A DNA stretch of 64,000 nucleotides from Cyanidioschyzon merolae (lineage: Eukaryota), in the NCBI GenBank assembly GCA_000091205.1, contig AP006502.2; one strand, given 5' to 3'. Below are positions 57,468 to 64,000 of this stretch, piece after piece (the first letter of the stretch is position 1; the number at the start of each line of letters is the position of its first letter). The translations under genes were made by a program, and so were the position numbers. The notes under the pieces are model-generated. The model had not been told where the DNA came from. It was given only the letters and a program-made list of their open reading frames with translations, and searched no databases.

Positions 57468-58109
57468 ATGCAGGCGCAGCCTGCGAGCTTTGTCTTCAGC
57501 GGCCAGAGCAGGCGACAGTCGCTTCGCAGCACCCACCGCAACTTAGTTCGTCGCATTATATGTACCTTTTCTACACGTGACAACTCTTGGACTGACGGCC
57601 TCGTGGCTCGGCGAGGAAGTCCTGCGGATCGCGGCGTCATCTTCCGCTCAATTCTCTCTGAAGGCATGAATCCTCTTGGCATTCGGACAGAGCGTTTTCT
57701 GGTCGTTGAAGAGAAGGATTTTCAAAGTCAAAAGAATCAGATAGTTGGTTTCGGCCAGCTGCGTCCTCTCTCTGCAACGGACTTAGAGTTAGCCTCTGTT
57801 TACGTTGCACCTGCGTATCGCAGGCGAGGCATCGCATCCAGGATCGTGGCCCACCTCCTCGAAGAGCAAAGGCGATCCTTGCACTCGGTCTCGGGCCCGA
57901 AGAAGCGCAGAATCTTCTGCCTTACAGTGGGAAACGAGAGCCTCTACAGCAGAGCCGGATTTACTCGCTTTCCCCTCGATCAAAATTTCATATGGAACAG
58001 CGACATTCCGTGTGGGCTCCGGTTCGAAATGCTAGCGGGTCGTGTGGTCGCAGCTCTTGTGAAACCACAAGACGTGCTTGTGCTGCTCTATACAATCCTT
58101 GAAGCATGA
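57468..58109 (+). CDS. GNAT-family N-acetyltransferase
   Basis: GNAT motif A (ELASVYVAPAYRRRGIASRIVAHLLEE) and motif B (LYSRAGFTRFP). A basic N-terminal extension is present. The ATG is at 57468. Confidence 0.55.
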   Translation: MQAQPASFVFSGQSRRQSLRSTHRNLVRRIICTFSTRDNSWTDGLVARRGSPADRGVIFRSILSEGMNPLGIRTERFLVVEEKDFQSQKNQIVGFGQLRPLSATDLELASVYVAPAYRRRGIASRIVAHLLEEQRRSLHSVSGPKKRRIFCLTVGNESLYSRAGFTRFPLDQNFIWNSDIPCGLRFEMLAGRVVAALVKPQDVLVLLYTILEA

Positions 58110-58486
58110 AATACAGCCCAAGGAGTGCACCGCTTGCGGCTACCAAGATAAGTGTTCACACGATAAATGACAAGACTACTCGTATCGTGCTTGGTCTCCG
58201 TGCACCGACCAGTATCCTTTGAATAGTGCGACCCATGAGGCGAAACACGGATTCTGAAAAATTTTCTTGGAGCTCTTGGAGTGTCCGTGTCAAGAGACTC
58301 CTCTCTGTGACGCGTGCGGAAATCATTTGATAACTACGGGGACCTAGAATGCAGTTCGGTCGAGCACTAGGAACAGTGGGGTTCCTTGAAGTTGGCGGGA
58401 AGAGCAAAACAGCACTCCTTAGTAAAGGCTCTCGTCGTGGAGTAACTTTCATTTCTCCCAGGGTTTCACGTTGAAGTGGGTAAACG

Positions 58487-59038
58487 ATGCCGCTGGAGGC
58501 GGTAAAAGTGGGGTTGGCGCTTTTCGGCACAGTTGCTGGTGCTTTGGGAGCGTGTTCCGTGCCCTTCCTATTCACTCGCTGGCCCTACGTCGCTACCACG
58601 AACAAAGCACTTTGTGATCTACGTGAAATACTGAAACCCCTGGCGAAACCGACCGCATCTTTTCTTGATATCGGTTCTGGAGACGGCTCTGTGGTTGAAC
58701 TTGCAGCAATGACTGGCTTTGGCTCGAGCTTGGGTATCGAATCGAATCCTGTACTCGCGTTTTACAGCAAGTGGCGACTGCGAAAACTAAGAAATGCTAC
58801 TTGCCTCTGGGGGCGGTACCAAAATATGAACTTTTCCGGAATCGATACAGTTTACGTGTACGGAGGAGAACAGATAATGACTGCTCTGGGTGAAAAACTT
58901 ACGGCAGAACTGAAACCAGGCGCAACCATAGTCTGCAATTCTTTTCCGCTCCCAAAACCTGAAAACCACATTGGAAAAAGGTGCTTATTCTTCATCAGGC
59001 GAGCCGGTAGCTTATATATCTACCGTGTGCAAAACTAG
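58487..59038 (+). CDS. FAM173/ATPSc-KMT-like seven-beta-strand lysine methyltransferase with N-terminal TM helix (mitochondrial type)
   Basis: An N-terminal hydrophobic helix (VGLALFGTVAGALGACSVPFLF) is followed by SAM motif I (FLDIGSGDGSVVELAAMTG) and GIESNPVLAFYSKWR. Size and layout match the FAM173 family. The ATG is at 58487, and the stop overlaps the PDHA stop on the opposite strand. Confidence 0.55.
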   Translation: MPLEAVKVGLALFGTVAGALGACSVPFLFTRWPYVATTNKALCDLREILKPLAKPTASFLDIGSGDGSVVELAAMTGFGSSLGIESNPVLAFYSKWRLRKLRNATCLWGRYQNMNFSGIDTVYVYGGEQIMTALGEKLTAELKPGATIVCNSFPLPKPENHIGKRCLFFIRRAGSLYIYRVQN

Positions 59039-60276
59039 GCTTCATAGCCATTGTCGATGGAGGTGCCCCGGACTCGAGTCGCTTCAGTTGTATACAGATG
59101 TTTCCACAACAACTCTGGCGCCGGCTCGGGGGCATCCAGCGCCCTTTTGATTGCCTCGTCCACATCCTGTCGAATTGCCCTCTCAGTCTGCTTCAGCTCA
59201 TCAGCAGTCACCCAGCCAACGTCTACGAGTCGGCTCTTCACTTTCTCGATCGGATCACGCGTTTTTCTCATTTCATTGATCTCATCGCGTGTTCTATAGG
59301 TTATGCCAGGGTCACTCATCGAGTGCCCGTGATAGCGATATGTCTGCATCTCCAGCAAAATGGGTCCATTTCCTTGTAGACACCAGTCTTTCGCAAACCG
59401 GGTGGCCTCTCGAACCGCCAGAACATCCATGCCGTCGACACGTATTCCGGGAATGTAAGCTCCCCGCGTATAGTACAAAGGATTAGCTGCTGCTCGATTT
59501 GCGGATGTTCCCATGCCGTACTGATTGTTTTCAATCACGTAGACAACGGGTAACTTCCAAAGTGCGGCCATATTAAATGATTCGTAGACTTGGCCCTGGT
59601 TTGCCGCCCCATCGCCCATCATGGTTATAGAGACAGCGTTTTCCTTTTTGTATTTCGCGGCAAATGCAAGGCCTGTTCCCAGTGGCACCTGAGCTCCCAC
59701 AATACCGTTGCCACCAAAGTAGTTGTTTTCCGGAAAATACAGATGCATTGAGCCGCCCTTACCTTGCGAGCATCCGATCGCGCGACCCAGAAGTTCCGCG
59801 ATGATGCCCTCCACAGTGTCGCCACGCATGAGCTGCTGGCAATGGTTGCGATAGGCAGTAATGAGATAGTCGTCAAACGTAATCACTTGTGACATACCAG
59901 CCGCCACTGCCTCCTGCCCGTCGTATAGGTGGCAGAAACCTCTGATTTTTTGCGCTTTGTACAGCTGATCGGCACCGATCTCCATCCTTCTCATTGTAAA
60001 CATCAACCGGTGATACCCCAGAAGTTCTTCTCGGGAGGCTTGAACCAACGTTTCAGGTCCACGATCCAACAAATACAGTGCGAACGGTGAAAGTTCAAAG
60101 TTTTTCGTCGAAGGCGCAGAGGGCTTCTCCGCTCGGGCCTCAACCCGCTCCCTCTGGACTGCAGCTGAAGCAGAGTCCGTGCTCCCAGCTGCACATGTGA
60201 ACCGCAACCGTCCTCTTGAGCAGACACCCCACAACCTTCTAGACGAGGCGCGAAGCGCCATCCAAATAAGATGCAT
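59035..60276 (-). CDS. PDHA: pyruvate dehydrogenase E1 component alpha subunit, mitochondrial type
   Basis: YRYHGHSMSDPGITYRTRDEINEMRKTRDPIE (the phospho-loop region), TPP-binding GDGAANQGQ, and the full E1-alpha length. The track start at 60423 is a GTG codon. ATGs at 60276 (MHLIW) and 60261 (MALRASSRRLWG, presequence-like) are both candidate starts. Confidence 0.9.
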   Translation of the reverse strand: MHLIWMALRASSRRLWGVCSRGRLRFTCAAGSTDSASAAVQRERVEARAEKPSAPSTKNFELSPFALYLLDRGPETLVQASREELLGYHRLMFTMRRMEIGADQLYKAQKIRGFCHLYDGQEAVAAGMSQVITFDDYLITAYRNHCQQLMRGDTVEGIIAELLGRAIGCSQGKGGSMHLYFPENNYFGGNGIVGAQVPLGTGLAFAAKYKKENAVSITMMGDGAANQGQVYESFNMAALWKLPVVYVIENNQYGMGTSANRAAANPLYYTRGAYIPGIRVDGMDVLAVREATRFAKDWCLQGNGPILLEMQTYRYHGHSMSDPGITYRTRDEINEMRKTRDPIEKVKSRLVDVGWVTADELKQTERAIRQDVDEAIKRALDAPEPAPELLWKHLYTTEATRVRGTSIDNGYEA

Positions 60277-60535
60277 GTTCTGAGTACTGAACACCGCCAA
60301 CAAGTTCCAAAAGCGTCGAACGACCAAAGCCGACGTAGTGCACTTTGCGGTGCAGTTTCCAGGTATTGAAGAAGAGCTATGCAGGCGAAAGGTATGCAAT
60401 GCTTTGAGTAGGAGCGACCGCACCGCTCGACAGCGGCTTCGCGGGCGGCGCGCACTCTATAACATTGTTCTCGAGACCAGCGTCTGCAGCGTGGTGTGCC
60501 AGGCTTTAAGCAAGGTTGGCTACGAGTTTGAAAAG
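60277..60535. promoter_or_regulatory. putative bidirectional promoter region between the divergent PDHA (-) and RAN (+) genes
   Basis: This is 259 bp between the two start codons of divergently oriented, highly expressed housekeeping genes. It is an inference only; no motif was recognised. Confidence 0.25.
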
Positions 60536-61222
60536 ATGCAGAGCAACCCTGTTAGTGCTCAACAACCGAACGCTACAGCTGGCGAGAGCATCCCTACTTT
60601 CAAGATCGTCCTTGTTGGAGATGGCGGCACTGGTAAAACAACTTTTGTGAAGCGGCACTTGACGGGCGAGTTTGAGCGGCGGTATATAGCAACGCTTGGT
60701 GTTGAGGTTCATCCTTTGAAGTTCTACACAAACAGAGGCCCGATCTTGTTCAACGTTTGGGACACTGCGGGTCAAGAAAAGTTTGGAGGTCTGAGGGATG
60801 GGTACTACATCCAAGGCCAAGGTGCCATAATCATGTTCGACGTGACGTCGAGAATCACGTACAAGAACGTGGCGAACTGGCATCGTGATTTGGTACGCGT
60901 ATGCGACAATATACCAATCGTGCTGGTAGGAAACAAAGTAGATGTCAAGGATCGGAAAGTGAAAGCGAAGCAGATCAACTTTCATCGGAAAAAGAATCTT
61001 ATGTACGTGGATATATCGGCAAAGAGCAATTACAACGTTGAAAAACCGTTCCTATGGCTTGCTCGAAAACTAACAGGAGACCCGAATCTTGTCTTTGTTG
61101 AGGCGCCAGCCCTTGCTCCGGCCGAGATCCAGATAGATGAGGAATACAAACGACAAATGGAGGAGGAGCTCCAACAAGCGCAAGCGGTGCCGCTTCCTGA
61201 TGAGGATGACGAGGAAATGTGA
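60536..61222 (+). CDS. RAN: GTP-binding nuclear protein Ran
   Basis: Near-identical Ran core: [60 protein letters not shown], and an acidic DEDDEEM tail. The first ATG is at 60536. The upstream part of the track ORF (60338-60535) overlaps the divergent PDHA 5' region and is not coding. Confidence 0.95.
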   Translation: MQSNPVSAQQPNATAGESIPTFKIVLVGDGGTGKTTFVKRHLTGEFERRYIATLGVEVHPLKFYTNRGPILFNVWDTAGQEKFGGLRDGYYIQGQGAIIMFDVTSRITYKNVANWHRDLVRVCDNIPIVLVGNKVDVKDRKVKAKQINFHRKKNLMYVDISAKSNYNVEKPFLWLARKLTGDPNLVFVEAPALAPAEIQIDEEYKRQMEEELQQAQAVPLPDEDDEEM

Positions 61223-61632
61223 CAAGCTGAGCGAGTTGTAGGCGCTGACCTCTACGCTCCTCCGTAAACAAGATCTTCGCGTTAAAAAACGTTCTGATCA
61301 GGGTGCGGGCGAGCATCTCTGTTGGCCAGACACATTTACAGATCCCACCGGAAGGAAAGCTTATCGACGTATGGAATTGGTCCCTATATTACATCCATGA
61401 GGTTTTTATGAGGATTGGGGCATTTAGGGCACGCAAGACGCTGTTCTTGTGCGGTGGGGAACCACTGGAGTACCCTCCATAGAAATCATCACTCGTGGAG
61501 CGTGTCCAGACGTCGCCTAGTGTCTGCATGTTCTGAGCAATTTCAGAATAAAGTGGAATTAGTCCGCTTCTAAAAACGTTCCCGCGAATGTTTCTACCTC
61601 TTCACATTGTGATCGACGCCAGCCAGCGCGGG

Positions 61633-62275
61633 ATTTTTCTGTGACTGGTTCTTCTCCCCGCTCTTATCTCCAGCCTTCAATACGTCGTGCTCTCCTATCC
61701 GTCCAGCTCTGTTGCCAGCAGTCGAGGGATGTTGATGGCAACGTTACAGCCACGATTTCGCCGCTTCCTCTTGTTTTCTACGTATTTCATGTACAGACGA
61801 AGGTTGCAATCAAGCCTTTGCTTCGCATTTTCACCCTTTTTCTGTTCAACTTTAATGCGCCCACATAGCGGTGGTAGGTGACTGCGCTCAGGTCCTCACG
61901 AATGTCCACAACGCCTAATCCGCCAAGCGCCGCCCCGTGGTACATGCGCGCTTGCTTTGTCGCCCGGTGAATGCGCTTGACGAGCGCCGGCGGCTCCCGT
62001 AGATGCCCTCCGGTCCTGCGCCCTGTGCCGTGCGCTACGCTCACGCGCTTTCCCTGAGTAGTCCCGCACGCGAGCACTCTGGCAGCTGCACGCGCAAGCG
62101 CTCGCTGTTCCATTTCAGTCGAGGATTGGTGGTGCGCGATGCTTTCCATGTTGAAATAAGTACCTGAAAAAAGCCCAAGATTGGGAACACATCCAGATAT
62201 TTCGATCAGTCTGTTCCGTCCTCGTGCACAACTGAGACGCACTGTCCACTGGAGGCGATCGCTGCGATGATTCAA
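61633..62275 (-). mobile_element. repeat family 1, copy B (longest; frameshifted)
   Basis: Minus-strand frames give ...REPPALVKRIHRATKQARMYHGAALGGLGVVD..., then (frameshifted) RLDCNLRLYMKYVENKRKRRNRGCNVAINI. Nucleotide homology to copies C and D runs throughout, including gttgatggcaacgttacagccacgatttcgccgcttc. Confidence 0.45.
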
Positions 62276-63713
62276 GTCTTAGAACAAGATTCTTTTCCAC
62301 GCAGACAGAAGATTCGGGGCCCCCCCGGAGAACACTCGAGAGGTGTCATGCTGCCGTTGGGTGCCATTTCATCCATTGCCACAAAGAGAGGAGTTTTCAT
62401 CCTTCGGGCAGAGTCGATTATTTGGGATGACAAGTCCAGTGAACTCGCGGCCTGGGCTTGTGAACAAGCCGTCGAGGAACGACGTCGAGTTGTTTTCATC
62501 GTCACTGGAACGGCGCTCAGTGCTGAACCCACGAGTTGCCTTGCAACAGAGAGATCGAAATTCGGAGAGTGCGTGATTTGAGCATGTTACATGTAATTAG
62601 AGAATAAGATCGGAGGCTTGTACGTATAAAATGGATACTGACAGCGTTTTTTTCTATCCCCTGCTCGAGTACGTCGAGAATCGTCTCAGTATCGGTGACG
62701 TAAAGTATTCCACTGGAAAGGCCTCGTAGATGTCGCGCCCAAACAGATTACAGAGACTCCTAATGCTACGTACGAATTCGTAAGCCTCTAGAGCAGCATT
62801 TTGAATCTGGAGGCTCTGGATCAAAAATGACATTCCTAAAATATATTGAAAAATAGGAAGAAAGCAAGCTTTTCGGGGCTGCATCTCAATTTGTCAAGGC
62901 TTTAGCGAGCCGGCCAATCGTCAAAACACTACAAAGAGCATCACTCAAATCTTTAGTTAGTGGAGAAAATCGTATGAACAGCAATTTGTAATATTTCCTA
63001 TATTCCGGAAAGTCCCTTTCATTCAATACAAACTCATTTCCAGTTAATTCCATCGAGCAGAATCGAAGAGAGGGCTATATGGGTATTCCCCGCGGAAATT
63101 ATGTGCATAAGAGCCGCTGTTACTGATGTACGACAGAAAATGTGGTCATTGACGTGTGATATATGCACCAGTGAATTCTGAAACACCTGTACCAATACAT
63201 CTATTTTGTTTGCATTTTTTCTATTATTCTAAGCAAAAGCTTCCATCTTTTGGATTGGGCAGAGGCAGCAAAAACCTCTATGCTGTGAATGGTGGCATGG
63301 GAAGAAGAGCTCTAAAAGTGCAAGTCATTCATTCCGCCGTCAACAGCTGGATAAGGCACAGTTCTGATGGACCTAATCGTACACGTCGTGCATCAAAAGA
63401 AACAGTACTTACAAATTCCATAGAGGCGACTCTCTTTTCTTCCTTCAAATCCAGTTCATAATTTCCCAAAAAACACCACCAAAGAAGCCGCAGGATGAAA
63501 AGTTCTTCTACCGCGGATGCAAACGGCGATGAAGAGGCACAGATGTGCAAAGAAGAAAGCACGATCCTGTGATACTCGCGCAACCTATAGCAAATTGTCG
63601 AATTTGAACTAATACGTGAACTCTTATAATTATAATCCTTGACCTGATTTGTGTTCCGCGCATAGGTGAGCGTAATGGAGTGTTTTCTCGTGGTCTATAG
63701 GAGATACATTTGA

Positions 63714-64000
63714 AGTACGTTCATTTTCAAAAATAGAAAGTCCAAGTGAAAGCTGCTTATGTGGAAATATTGGGTCCTGGAGAGCCGTCATCGCCGATTA
63801 AGTGAGAAAAGAAGTTCTCGCCGACTATAGAGCGAAAAAGAGCAAGTGACGAAGATGAAGGCGAATAGATGGAAAGAGAGCCAAAAAAAGATATTTGCCC
63901 GACGGAACGACGACGAGAGTTTCGTGGCACAGAAGGTACCCATTCGAGGAATTTTCGGATGGGTGCGCTCAACCCACGTAAATGCATGCATGGATTTGTT
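63714..64000 (+). repeat. repeat family 2, copy 3 (ORF MKANRWKESQKKIFARRNDDESFVAQKVPIRGIFGW...), truncated by the window end
   Basis: Homologous leader (gtacgttcattttcaaaaatagaaagtccaag ... ttctcgccgactatagagcgaaaaagagcaagtga) and N-terminal ORF. Confidence 0.4.

Noticed and set aside
1-64000. Kinetoplastid (trypanosomatid) origin. Suggested by the intronless genes, GC content and LINE relic.
   Set aside because: Genes alternate strands at single-gene resolution, with no long polycistronic same-strand clusters. A genuine VIPP1 with a transit peptide implies a plastid.
1-64000. Prokaryotic-style systems: CRISPR arrays, restriction-modification systems, operons.
   Set aside because: The window is eukaryotic nuclear DNA. 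No short regularly spaced repeats with unique spacers were seen. The only nuclease-like signal is the Fanzor/TnpB-type relic family, reported above.

Overview
Eukaryotic nuclear DNA, about 55% GC, with compact genes on both strands and no introns in any recognisable gene. The organism almost certainly carries a plastid. This rests on a clear VIPP1/IM30 gene with a transit-peptide-like N-terminal extension, and on TrpC and a phosphoserine aminotransferase that also carry N-terminal extensions. An intron-poor, GC-rich unicellular alga (a Cyanidioschyzon- or Porphyridium-like red alga) is a reasonable but unproven guess. The interleaved strand arrangement and VIPP1 rule out a kinetoplastid.

Twenty protein genes are supported by motif-level homology: COX10, NFS1, an RCE1-DOLPP1 fusion ORF, IGPS/TrpC, a SERCA Ca-ATPase, VIPP1, CDC50, a multi-BRCT TopBP1-like protein, MIF, PSAT, GNAT, a FAM173-like methyltransferase, PDH E1-alpha, Ran and others. 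Many M residues in the supplied ORF track are TTG/GTG/CTG codons. I moved each start to the first in-frame ATG, which repeatedly exposes organelle-presequence-like N-termini.

The hunt results, in order of interest:
- A dispersed repeat family with at least 5 same-orientation copies. On the minus strand it retains the C-terminal zinc finger and RuvC-III DRDxNAAxNI-like motif of a TnpB/Fanzor (OMEGA) nuclease, plus a conserved 130-200 bp tail. The tail is where an omega-RNA would lie, and all copies share a sharp common boundary. These are decayed Fanzor-type relics, possibly MITE-like derivatives.
- A second repeat family with at least 3 copies: a conserved leader plus a short conserved plus-strand ORF beginning MKM. 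It is partly juxtaposed with family 1.
- A 5'-truncated, frameshifted LINE reverse-transcriptase relic.
- The SERCA gene bracketed by two 2581-bp direct repeats at about 99.5% identity.
- A 35-bp-stem hairpin upstream of the SERCA start codon.
- An in-frame fusion ORF of a CAAX protease (RCE1) with dolichyl-diphosphatase.
- Several tandem repeats and minisatellites. One duplicates the 3' coding end of the BRCT gene.

No rRNA, tRNA or CRISPR was found. No database search or structure computation was possible, so every assignment rests on motif recognition by eye.
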